A stretch of DNA of 64,000 bases from Acidimicrobiales bacterium. Its GTDB lineage: Bacteria; Actinomycetota; Acidimicrobiia; Acidimicrobiales; RAAP-2. Both the position numbers and the translations under genes were made by a program. Under the pieces are notes generated by a model. The model saw only the letters and a program-made list of their open reading frames with translations, was not told the DNA's origin and did not search any database. Below, one piece after another: positions 9,458-17,785 of this stretch. The stretch lies in the NCBI GenBank assembly GCA_036521415.1, contig DATDHU010000154.1, positions 10,741 through 74,740 on the forward strand, written 5' to 3'. Each line of letters begins with the position of its first letter. Position 1 is the first letter of the stretch.

Positions 9458-10401
9458 GCGGCGGCCCCACCTTCGGATGATGGGAAACGGCTCGATGTCG
9501 CGGCCTGGTCTGCCGACGCGGTTTGGTCAGGTCCGCCTTGTTCGGGCGATGCGAAGAGGGTGGTCGCCAGGCGGGCCACGATCCCGAGGGGCCGGGGCTT
9601 GCACCGCGTGCCCAAGACGTCGTACCCGGCGCGCTGGATTGCATCGAGGGCGGCTTCGCCGCCGCCCACGAAACCGGCGACCGCGGCGCGCGGTTGCCAG
9701 GGCAGGCCTCCGCTCAAGGGCCGACCCGCGGCCAGGCGACGGCGCGCCCGGTTGACGTGTACCGCCACCAGGCGTTGGAGCGAGGGGCCGGCACGGGGGG
9801 CCAACAACTGGTCCTCAGTGACCCCGAAGGCCGCCCGGTCACGGGCCGGGAGATAGATCCTGCCGCGGATCGCGTCTTCGCCGATGTCTTGGAGGTGCTC
9901 TGTCAGCTGCAGCCCGATGCACACCTCGTCGGACAGCGCGACCCGAGCCGGTGTGCTAGCGCCGAACACCAAGAGCACCAACTGGCCGACCGGAACGGCC
10001 GAGAGCCGGCAGTAGTCGGCCAGCTCCTCGATCGTCTCGTAACGCCGGACCGTCTGGTCGACCCGGTTGGCTTCGATCAGGGCGCGAAAGGGATCGAGGG
10101 GCAGGCTCAGTTCGGACAAGGTCGGCATCAGCCGCACGAGGATGGGATGGGTGGCCGTTCCCTCGTTGGCCCGCTCGAGCTCGGACTCGAGCCAGTCGAG
10201 CTGGGCCGGGCGGTCGCCTTCGACCTCGTCGCCGATGTCGTCGGCCAAGCGGGCGAACCCGTAGATGGCCATCAAGTGGGAGCGCACCCGGCGGGGGAGG
10301 AAGAACGAGGCGACGGGGAAGTTCTCCGAGCGGGCCTGACCCAGGATCGCGTCGGCATCAAGGTCTGGGATCGATGGTGAAACTCCTAGGGAGGATGGCA
10401 C
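9454..10401 (-). CDS. hpnC: hydroxysqualene synthase HpnC (squalene/phytoene synthase family)
   Basis: ENFPVASFFLPRRVR, IYGFARLADDIGDE and GLQLTEHLQDIGED. GTG start at 10401; a slightly later start cannot be excluded. Confidence 0.8.
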   Translation of the reverse strand: MPSSLGVSPSIPDLDADAILGQARSENFPVASFFLPRRVRSHLMAIYGFARLADDIGDEVEGDRPAQLDWLESELERANEGTATHPILVRLMPTLSELSLPLDPFRALIEANRVDQTVRRYETIEELADYCRLSAVPVGQLVLLVFGASTPARVALSDEVCIGLQLTEHLQDIGEDAIRGRIYLPARDRAAFGVTEDQLLAPRAGPSLQRLVAVHVNRARRRLAAGRPLSGGLPWQPRAAVAGFVGGGEAALDAIQRAGYDVLGTRCKPRPLGIVARLATTLFASPEQGGPDQTASADQAATSSRFPSSEGGAAA

Positions 10402-10418
10402 GTTTGACCGGACCTTCG

Positions 10419-10454
10419 TATAACAATGGTGACCAGCGGTTCGCCACTGTTATA
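10419..10454 (-). promoter_or_regulatory. AT-rich 36-bp imperfect palindrome 18 nt upstream of hpnC; candidate operator or promoter core of the hopanoid operon
   Basis: TATAACAATGGTGA-ccagcggt-TCGCCACTGTTATA. The arms match 12 of 14 as reverse complements. It is conspicuously AT-rich in a GC-rich background. Confidence 0.45.
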
Positions 10455-10556
10455 CATCGGGATCGCCAGGGGCCCAACATCCCACCCGAACAGGGCTATT
10501 GCCCGTTCCGTATGGTTTGGCCCCGACCCAGATCGGGCCAGCTGAGAACGCCTGTT

Positions 10557-11570
10557 CTACCGCATTCCCATCGAGACCCGGAAGAGTCGCAACAAGGCGT
10601 TGTCCGCCACCCGCCGTCCGGCGCTCAGGGCGGCGTGGCCCTTGGCCCGGAGGTGGGGCGACACCCGTCCGGCGATTCCCTCGGTGATCCCCGAGGCGAT
10701 GCCGGCGACGTCGGTCTCCCCCCGAAGCTCGCGCGTCATGATCTCGAGGTACAGGGGAACGAAGGGCTTGAGCAGCGTGGCCAGCTCGGCCACTGCCTTC
10801 GTCTCGCTCATCGGCTCGTTGAGCGTGTCGAGCCCTTCACCCACGGCATCCACAGTTGAGAGGGCGGCGGCCAGGAAGATGTCGTGCTTCGAATCGAAGT
10901 AACGGTAGAACGAGCCCTTGGCGATGCCGGCCGCCTCGCAGATCTGGCCGACGTTCACCGTCGCGTAGCCCTCAGAGGCGAACGCCTGACGCGCCGCAGC
11001 CAGCAGCCGGGCCGCGGGAAGGGATGGCTCTGACCGGACGAGGTAGGTGGTCACGATCTGGTCCCACATCTCGACCGAGTAGGGCTCGGTTCGTTCGACG
11101 GCCAGTAGCTCGGGCAAGAGCTCGCCGATGGACGGAAGGGACAGTCGCCACCGGTCCCGGAGCAACCGGATCAGCTTGAGCGCCTCGACGTGCCGCTCGT
11201 CATAAAGGAACCGCTTCGACTCGACAGCGGTGGGCTCGGGCACCAGGCCCAGCCGGCGATAGTGGTGGATGCTGGGCACCGGGACCCCTGATCGGTCCGC
11301 CAGCTCGGCCACGGTGAGTAGGGCCGTGACGTCGCCGACCGGTCCGGTCGATGCGGTGCTGTCCCCGATGGCCGGCCCGCCCGGGGCGGCATACCCCTCG
11401 GGGCTCTCGAGTGCTGACCCGTCGACTGCCCCGGCGGCTGACGCGTCGCCACGCCCGGCGGCTGACCCGTCGGCATCCGCGGTCACCGACCTGACGATTG
11501 ACCGGGTGGCCGCCAACCCATCGGGAGCCGGGGGCGACGATCGCAGTTGATTCCGACGCTTACGGGTCAT
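10557..11570 (-). CDS. two-HTH transcriptional regulator: MerR-type HTH followed by a TetR-type HTH and ligand domain
   Basis: After an Ala/Gly/Asp-rich ~80-aa N-terminus comes LLTVAELADRSGVPVPSIHHYRRLGLV..ERHVEALKLIRLL (MerR HTH). Further on is TVNVGQICEAAGIAKGSFYRYFDSKHDIF (TetR HTH), followed by a helical C-terminal domain. Confidence 0.75.
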   Translation of the reverse strand: MTRKRRNQLRSSPPAPDGLAATRSIVRSVTADADGSAAGRGDASAAGAVDGSALESPEGYAAPGGPAIGDSTASTGPVGDVTALLTVAELADRSGVPVPSIHHYRRLGLVPEPTAVESKRFLYDERHVEALKLIRLLRDRWRLSLPSIGELLPELLAVERTEPYSVEMWDQIVTTYLVRSEPSLPAARLLAAARQAFASEGYATVNVGQICEAAGIAKGSFYRYFDSKHDIFLAAALSTVDAVGEGLDTLNEPMSETKAVAELATLLKPFVPLYLEIMTRELRGETDVAGIASGITEGIAGRVSPHLRAKGHAALSAGRRVADNALLRLFRVSMGMR

Positions 11571-11629
11571 CGCCCTCCTTGCTCGTGGTCATGGTAGCCC
11601 TCACGTGGGCCACCAACCTGTTCGCGGCC

Positions 11630-11652
11630 GGTGAGGTTCAATTGGTCTCACC
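11630..11652. promoter_or_regulatory. 23-bp palindrome upstream of the MerR/TetR regulator gene; candidate autoregulatory operator
   Basis: GGTGAG-g-ttCAATTGg-t-CTCACC. The outer 6-bp arms are perfect and the centre CAATTG is self-complementary. Lies 60-82 nt upstream of the start at 11570. Confidence 0.4.
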
Positions 11653-11811
11653 AAGTCGTCCGGCGCCGCTGGGTCCTACCCGGATCGCAGGTCGAAGCTA
11701 ACCGGGCGTGGACCACGAACAGGGGTCAGCCCGTCCGCCCGCACCTCGCCAAGGCTCCGTACGGTTCACCCGATCCCCTAGGATGACCAGGCGATCGAGT
11801 CTCATGGGGGT

Positions 11812-12600
11812 GTGTTCGTGGGGATTGACGGCGTGGCTCCCTCGAGAGTGGTCGGGGCCGCGGTCGGGCTGGCCCTGGCCGCCAACTATGTGCCGAGCAC
11901 GGTCACGCTCGGGCAGTGGAGCCCGCTCCGTTCCCTCCCCCGCGACCTCTGTCGATGGCGCGGACCGAAGGGGAGAAAGGTGGCGCTCACATTCGACGAC
12001 GGCCCCAACCCACACACCACCCCACACCTGCTCGATCGGCTCGACCAGTTGGGTCTTCGCGCCACCTTCTTCTGCGTGGGCTCGCTCGTCGAGCGCGACG
12101 GGGACGTCGTCGGCGAGATCGCCCGCCGTGGCCACCAGGTGGAGACCCACGGCTATCGGCACGAACACCATCTCCTCCGGTCTCCGCAGTGGATCGTCAA
12201 GGACCTGCGACGGGCCATCGAGGTCATGGCCGGGTGCGGCCATCCCTCGTCGTGGTACCGGCCGTCCTACGGCCAAGCGACCGGCGCCACGCTGGTCGTC
12301 GCCCGGGCCCTCGGACTGCGGACGGTGCTGTGGTCGTCGTGGGGACGGGAGTGGGCCACCAACGACCCGAACGAGGTAGCCGAGCGCGTCACCAGCCGGC
12401 TCGGCGGTGGGGCGATCATCCTGCTCCACGACAACGACGAGCTGGGCTCTCCGGGCATGTGGCGCGTCGGCCATGCAGCCTTGCCCCGGTTGGCCGCCGA
12501 GCTCGAACGCCGGGAGCTGGTTGCCGTCACACTTGACGAGCTGGTCCCAAACCGCCGGTCGGAGGCACGCGAAGCCGCTGGTATCGAAGTCGGCGCATAG
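11812..12600 (+). CDS. polysaccharide deacetylase (NodB homology domain) family protein
   Basis: LTFDDGPNPHTTPHLLDRLDQLGLRATFF, ETHGYRHEH, WYRPSYG and ILLHDND motifs. GTG start. Confidence 0.8.
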   Translation: MFVGIDGVAPSRVVGAAVGLALAANYVPSTVTLGQWSPLRSLPRDLCRWRGPKGRKVALTFDDGPNPHTTPHLLDRLDQLGLRATFFCVGSLVERDGDVVGEIARRGHQVETHGYRHEHHLLRSPQWIVKDLRRAIEVMAGCGHPSSWYRPSYGQATGATLVVARALGLRTVLWSSWGREWATNDPNEVAERVTSRLGGGAIILLHDNDELGSPGMWRVGHAALPRLAAELERRELVAVTLDELVPNRRSEAREAAGIEVGA

Positions 12601-12656
12601 CCGTTCCGAGCACCGCCTACCCGCTCGGGTCCGCTGGTCACGAGTCAGAGGGGTCG

Positions 12657-13463
12657 CTACGAGACAGTGGCACCGTCGATGGGCAGCACCACGCCCGACA
12701 GGTAGTCGGACTCCGCGCTGGCCAGGAAACCCACGACCTTGGCACAGTCCTCCGTACTGGCCGGGCGGCCGATGGCGTTCATGGCGTTGATCGAGACCAA
12801 GGTGTCGGATTCCATGGACTCGAAGGCCATGGCCAGGCGCCCGGTGGCCACGTACCCGGGTGCGATGCAGTTGACGGTGATGCCCGAGGACCCGAGGTCC
12901 TGGGCCAGGTACCGGGTGTACATGGCGATGCCGGCCTTGGCCACGCCGTAGTGGGCATAGGCACCTTGCCTTCCGCCCCGGAGTCCCGAGATGCTGGCCA
13001 CCGTCACGATCTTCCCCGATCCCTGGCGCTTGAGGAGCGGGGCCACGGCTACACAGGTGTTGACCGTGCCGTACAGGTTCTTTTTCATCACGGCATCGAA
13101 CTCGTCCAGATCGAGCTCGGACGCCCGCCCCTCGAACGGTGAGCCCAGACCTCCGCCGGCGTTGCAGACGACGATGTCGAGCCCTGACCAGGCCTCCTCG
13201 ACGGTGGCCACCGCCTGTCGCATGGCGTCGGGATCGGTGACGTCCGTCTCGAGGGCCAGGGCACGCCGGCCGAAAGCCAGGATCTCCTCGGCGGTGGTGT
13301 CCGCGGTCATGAGCACCGCCTCTGACTCATACTCACGGTACGAGTGCAGGTCGATATCGAGCACGGCGATATCGGCACCCAGCTTGGCCAGGTGCAGGGC
13401 GTAGGCCCGTCCCAGCCCCCGCGCCGCGCCGGTCACCAGCGCAGTCTTTCCTTCGAGCGTCAT
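12657..13463 (-). CDS. SDR family oxidoreductase
   Basis: Internal ATG 13463 is preceded by GGGGAG. MTLEGKTALVTGAARGLG, NAGGG, YGVAKAG and PGYV motifs. The upstream part of the 484-aa track ORF belongs to the decayed repeat gene. Confidence 0.85.
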   Translation of the reverse strand: MTLEGKTALVTGAARGLGRAYALHLAKLGADIAVLDIDLHSYREYESEAVLMTADTTAEEILAFGRRALALETDVTDPDAMRQAVATVEEAWSGLDIVVCNAGGGLGSPFEGRASELDLDEFDAVMKKNLYGTVNTCVAVAPLLKRQGSGKIVTVASISGLRGGRQGAYAHYGVAKAGIAMYTRYLAQDLGSSGITVNCIAPGYVATGRLAMAFESMESDTLVSINAMNAIGRPASTEDCAKVVGFLASAESDYLSGVVLPIDGATVS

Positions 13464-14578
13464 GGCTCCCCTGTCTTTGCGTCGTTCATCGGCGCCCCCA
13501 TGTTGGTCGCGCCGGACGGAGGCGCACCATTCCTCGGCATGAGCATCCCGCGGGACGAGCGTGCGCCCGTCATGCACGGCTTGCATGGCCAGCGAGTCGC
13601 CGTACTCGCCGACCCGGAGGGGGCCCGGGCTTATGACAGAGCCGTAGAACCGGGTGTCGCCGAACGTGAACACGGCCCCGTCGGAGGTGGCCATCGCATA
13701 TCCAAGATCGGACGGACTCCGCGCCAACGTGAGCACCGAGCGGTCGAGACCGATCCCGCCCATGGAGCCGAAGTAGGTGGCGTCTCCGTAGCTGAAGACC
13801 CCGCCGTCGTTGGCCACCAACCAATAGCCACGACCGTCGGAGGTCGTTGCCATGCCGACCACGGGCTGGTTCAAAGGCTGGCCCCCGAGAGAGCCGGAGA
13901 AGGTGGCGTCCCCGAAGGTGAAGATCCCACCGTCCGAAGCCACCAGCCAGTACCCACGGCCATCCGCGGTGGCGGCCATGCCGACGACCGGCTTGTTCAA
14001 CGAATGGCCGCCCATCGAGCTGTGGAACCCTGCGTCGCCGAAGGCGAAGACGCCGCCGTCAGCGGCCACCTCCCAGTAGCCATGGCCATCCGGAGTCGAC
14101 GCCATGCCCACGATGGGGCGTCGAGGCGCTGGCCGCCCATTGAGCCGTGGAATCGCGCATCGCCGAAAGCGAAGAGGCCCCCGTCCGCCGCGATCAGCTA
14201 GTACCCGCCGCCGTCGGGGGTAACGGCCATGCCGACGACGGGCCGGTTGAGGGGGTGCCCGGCCATGGAGCCGTAGAAGCTGGCGTCGCCGAAGCTGAAC
14301 ACCTCACCGTCAGAGGCGGCGAGCCAGTAACCCTTCCCATTGGGGGTCGAGGACATGCCGACCACGGGGTCACCCGGAGCCAAGACCTGGGCTTCGTGCC
14401 CTCGAGCCTCGCTGACCCAGGTAGTTCGGGCATGCGCCGGCCGGCTCCTCGGGACGGCGATGGCGGGAGCGGCGAGGGTCGCAGTGAGGGCGAGCACTGC
14501 CCCGACCAGACACACGGAGCGGTGGTGCAGAACACCGGCAACCCGTCCACCCCTGCCCAAAGCCCCCCCGGTGTCCAC
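13464..14578 (-). pseudogene. secreted protein with six ~41-aa repeats, disrupted by a nonsense codon and a frameshift, with no stop of its own
   Basis: GTG 14578 opens a signal-like N-terminus ([20 protein letters not shown]). Six repeats follow, with consensus GYWLVASDGGVFxFGDAxFxGSMGGxxLNxPVVGMAxTxDGx. TAG at 14198-14200 sits where the consensus has Trp (GGGY*LIAADGG). A 1-nt loss in the C-run at 14115-14118 shifts the frame. The last repeat reads into the SDR gene. Confidence 0.6.
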
Positions 14579-14689
14579 TGGGAACCCCCCTTGACGACGC
14601 GAGACTCCATCCCACCCAGCAGGTTCAGTTCTCAGTTCAGGCGGTGACCGGCGCCTCCGGGTGGTGAGTTTGGTCTACCCAGATTTTGG

Positions 14690-14953
14690 TTACATGTACC
14701 CGGTTTTTGGAATTCTCAAAAGAGCGCCAACAGCAAACACTTGGATGAGTTCACAGGTGATGAGCGTGGCCCGTCTTGGTGGGTTCTGGCGAGAATCGCA
14801 ACCAGTTCTATGCGGCGGCCGGCTCCTCGGGGCGGCGGCGGGAGCGCCGCAGCGTCGCGGTGACGGCCAACACGACCACGGCCAACACACCGACCGGTGG
14901 CGCAGGACACCAGCAACTCGTCCACCCCTGCTCAAGGCCGCCCTCATGTCCAC
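14690..14953 (-). pseudogene. orphan 5' fragment (leader + signal-peptide region) paralogous to the start of the repeat-protein gene
   Basis: [29 protein letters not shown] parallels [29 protein letters not shown] of the 14578 gene. The hydrophobic core (LAVVVLAVTATL) is only readable in a shifted frame. No repeat body follows. Confidence 0.5.
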
Positions 14954-15021
14954 TCGGAGCCCCCTTTGACGACGCCGGTTTGAACGACGCCGGGCCTCCA
15001 CCCCGGCAGTTACCTCCTGGT

Positions 15022-15987
15022 TCAGACGCTGACCGGTGCCTCCTGCCCGTACAGCACGTCGCCGTCGTCGGCCAGGTCGTAGTACTCGACCCCTTCGGTC
15101 ACGTGGGCTTCGTCGCCGGCCAGGGCCACCGCCACCTTCTGCGCGCTGTTGCGCAGGATGTCGAAGACGATCTCCACGACCTCGGCCGGGTCGAAGTACG
15201 TGCGCACCTGGACCACCAGCTCGGGGGTGATCTCGGCCGGTTGGGTGATGACGGCGTCGGTGAGCCGGAGGGCCACCTTGTGGCGCTCGGTGAGGTCGGT
15301 CGTCTCATACCAGTCGATCTTGGTGAACATCGACTCATCGGCCCCCGCCCTGATGGCCTGCACCGAGCGCGTCGACTGGCAGATACGGCAGTTGTGCTGG
15401 CGCGCCCCTCGAAGCCGGACCAGCTCGGTGGTGACCGGGTCGAGCTGATCCATGCGGGCGATGGTCTTCATCAGGTCATCGAACCGCTCCCCTACGTCGG
15501 TTGCGGCCGGGCGGTCACGACCGGCGACCGCGCCGACCTGTCGCACGTCGAAGAGCCGGGCGATGGTCAGTTCCATCCGCCGCTCGTAGTCGAAGGCATA
15601 CAGCCCGATGACGAAGCCACCCAGCTCGTCGGGCGGCAGCTGGCCGCTCAGGGCACCCCGGTCGGCGTCTCCGATGCCGGCCACATCGATCACGAACCGC
15701 TCGGTGAAATCCAGGACCACGCGCTCGGTCTCGGTGAACAGCGGTGACGTCGGCCATTCGGCCAGGGCCACCATTTTGTCGGCGGGCAGCCGGGGCGCGC
15801 CCTTCGGCCGGCGATCGCCGGACTCCGGGTCCCGCAAGAGCATGGCGATGCGGTTCCGCGCTAGCTCGAGCAGCTCGGGGTTGGCGGCGCCCCACACGCA
15901 GTCGCTCAATGCAGTCAGGGCGAGCAGGGGCTCAGGGGCCAGGCGGGGCCTGGGGTCCTCGCCCGTGGTCAAGGTGATCCAGTCCAT
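15022..15987 (-). CDS. carboxymuconolactone decarboxylase (AhpD-like) family protein, two-domain form
   Basis: 321 aa. ELVRLRGARQHNCRICQSTR and TERHKVALRLTDAV resemble CMD/AhpD-like signatures. Assigned by eye only. Confidence 0.5.
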   Translation of the reverse strand: MDWITLTTGEDPRPRLAPEPLLALTALSDCVWGAANPELLELARNRIAMLLRDPESGDRRPKGAPRLPADKMVALAEWPTSPLFTETERVVLDFTERFVIDVAGIGDADRGALSGQLPPDELGGFVIGLYAFDYERRMELTIARLFDVRQVGAVAGRDRPAATDVGERFDDLMKTIARMDQLDPVTTELVRLRGARQHNCRICQSTRSVQAIRAGADESMFTKIDWYETTDLTERHKVALRLTDAVITQPAEITPELVVQVRTYFDPAEVVEIVFDILRNSAQKVAVALAGDEAHVTEGVEYYDLADDGDVLYGQEAPVSV

Positions 15988-16109
15988 GTCTCATAGTGTT
16001 TCAGGATTGGCCGCGCCTGGCTGGCCGGGCGGCCGACGGGACTCGATGGATCGACAGGCTCGACGTGTCGAGGGCCGTGCGCGGCGCAAGTTGTTCGACC
16101 GCCGCAGGA

Positions 16110-16138
16110 TTGACAACCCGACCGTATTTCAATACAGT
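16110..16138 (+). promoter_or_regulatory. sigma-70-like promoter for the MFS-TetR operon, with an embedded small palindrome
   Basis: TTGACA (16110-16115), a 17-nt spacer, then TACAGT (16133-16138). GTATTtcAATAC (16124-16135) overlaps the -10. The ATG at 16187 is preceded by GGGGAG. Confidence 0.5.
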
Positions 16139-16186
16139 CCGTCTTGATTCTAAATCCACAGAAACGACGATCCGGGGAGACGATCC

Positions 16187-17785
16187 ATGGCCAGGCTCGA
16201 TCGGAAATGGTGGACCTTGATCGCCGTGTGCACGGCGATCTTCATGCTGTTGCTGGACATCACCGTGGTCAACGTGGCCCTGCCCGACATCCAGCGGTCG
16301 CTGCACTCGTCGTTCAGTGACCTTCAGTGGGTGGTGGACGCCTACGCGTTGACCCTGGCCGCCTTCTTGCTCACCGCCGGGGTCGTCGGCGACATGTTCG
16401 GGCGGCGAGAGGTATTCGCCATCGGGCTCGGGGTGTTCTCGGTGGCCTCGCTGGTGTGCGGGCTGTCGACCACGTCGTTGATGCTGAACCTGTCCCGAGC
16501 CGTGCAAGGGGTGGGCGGCGCCATCATGTTCGCCACCTCACTGGCCCTCATCGCCCAGGCCTTCCAAGGGAAGGACCGAGGGACGGCATTCGGGATCTTC
16601 GGCGCCGTCACTGGTGGCGCGGTGGCCGTCGGCCCGCTGGTCGGCGGGGCGATCACCAGCGGCATCGGCTGGCGTTGGATCTTCTTCGTCAACGTGCCCA
16701 TCGGGGTCGGGGCCATCATCATCACGCTGGCCCGAATCCAAGAGTCGCGGGACCCCAACACCAGGCGGATCGACTGGATCGGCTTCGTCACCTTCTCGGG
16801 CTCGCTCTTCATGCTGGTGTTCGCCTTGGTCCGCGGGAACACGGCCGGGTGGGGAAGCGCCCAGATCGTCGGCTTGCTGATCGGAGCGGGCATCCTCATG
16901 GCCGTCTTCTTGGTGGCCGAGCTCCGCCTACGCGACCCGATGCTCGACCTCGCCTTGTTCCGGCGACCGGCCATGATCGGCATCTCGGGAGCGGCTTTCA
17001 CCCTTTCGGCCTCCATCTTCGCCCTGTTCTTGTACCTGACGCTGTTCATCCAGGACGACCTCGGCTACGGGCCGCTCGCCGCCGGGGTCAGGTTCCTCCC
17101 CCTCACCCTCCTTGCCTTCATCGTGGCTCCGGTGGCGGGCAAGCTCACCGTCCGGTTCCCGGCGCGCTACATGCTGGGCATCGGCCTCCTGTTGGTTGCC
17201 GGCGGCTGCCTGTTGATGGCCACCATTCAGCCCACCTCGCAATGGACGGTGCTGCTCCCCGGGTTCATCCTGGCCGGTGCTGGCATCGGGATGATCAATC
17301 CCGTGCTTGCCTCGTCGGCGGTGGCCGTGGTGCCACCGGAGCGCAGCGGCATGGCCTCGGGGATCAACTCCACGTTCCGGCAGGTGGGCATAGCCACCGG
17401 TATCGCCGGGCTGGGCGCCGTCTTCCAGAGCGACATCCGGACCAAGGTGACCGACTCCCTGTTGAGCACGCCGGCCGGGCAGCAGGTGGCGGCCCAGCAC
17501 GGCGCACAGCTGGGCCCGGCCCTCACCGCCGGTCAGGTACAGCAAGCAGTGGCCGGGCTCCCCCCCGCTCAGGCCCACGCCCTCAGTACGGCGTACCACA
17601 CCGGCTTCGCCAGCTCCCTCAATTTGTTGATGGTGATCGGCGCCATCATCGCCTTCGTCGGCGCCGTCGGGTCCTTCATCCTGGTCCGCCAGCGGGACTT
17701 CATCTCCGGCCATCAACCGGAGCAGGGGGCGCCTGGAGGACCGGGGCCGCCCAAAGAAGTCGAGCCGGCTCCGGTGGTGGCATGA
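16187..17785 (+). CDS. MFS transporter, DHA2 (EmrB/QacA, 14-TMS) family
   Basis: WWTLIAVCTAIFMLLLDITVVNVALPDIQ, AYALTLAAFLLTAGVVGDMFGRR and many TM segments; 532 aa. Confidence 0.9.
   Translation: MARLDRKWWTLIAVCTAIFMLLLDITVVNVALPDIQRSLHSSFSDLQWVVDAYALTLAAFLLTAGVVGDMFGRREVFAIGLGVFSVASLVCGLSTTSLMLNLSRAVQGVGGAIMFATSLALIAQAFQGKDRGTAFGIFGAVTGGAVAVGPLVGGAITSGIGWRWIFFVNVPIGVGAIIITLARIQESRDPNTRRIDWIGFVTFSGSLFMLVFALVRGNTAGWGSAQIVGLLIGAGILMAVFLVAELRLRDPMLDLALFRRPAMIGISGAAFTLSASIFALFLYLTLFIQDDLGYGPLAAGVRFLPLTLLAFIVAPVAGKLTVRFPARYMLGIGLLLVAGGCLLMATIQPTSQWTVLLPGFILAGAGIGMINPVLASSAVAVVPPERSGMASGINSTFRQVGIATGIAGLGAVFQSDIRTKVTDSLLSTPAGQQVAAQHGAQLGPALTAGQVQQAVAGLPPAQAHALSTAYHTGFASSLNLLMVIGAIIAFVGAVGSFILVRQRDFISGHQPEQGAPGGPGPPKEVEPAPVVA

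Noticed and set aside
12657-14111. 484-aa ORF read as a single repeat-protein::SDR fusion
   Set aside because: The SDR has its own ATG (13463) with a GGGGAG RBS and a canonical N-terminal TGxxxGxG motif. The 60-aa linker has no family features. The upstream gene is already broken twice, so loss of its stop is the simpler explanation.
16327-17781. N-terminal 485 aa of the 732-aa ORF 16327..18525
   Set aside because: It is out of frame over the MFS transporter gene. Only the part from ATG 17782 shows TetR homology.
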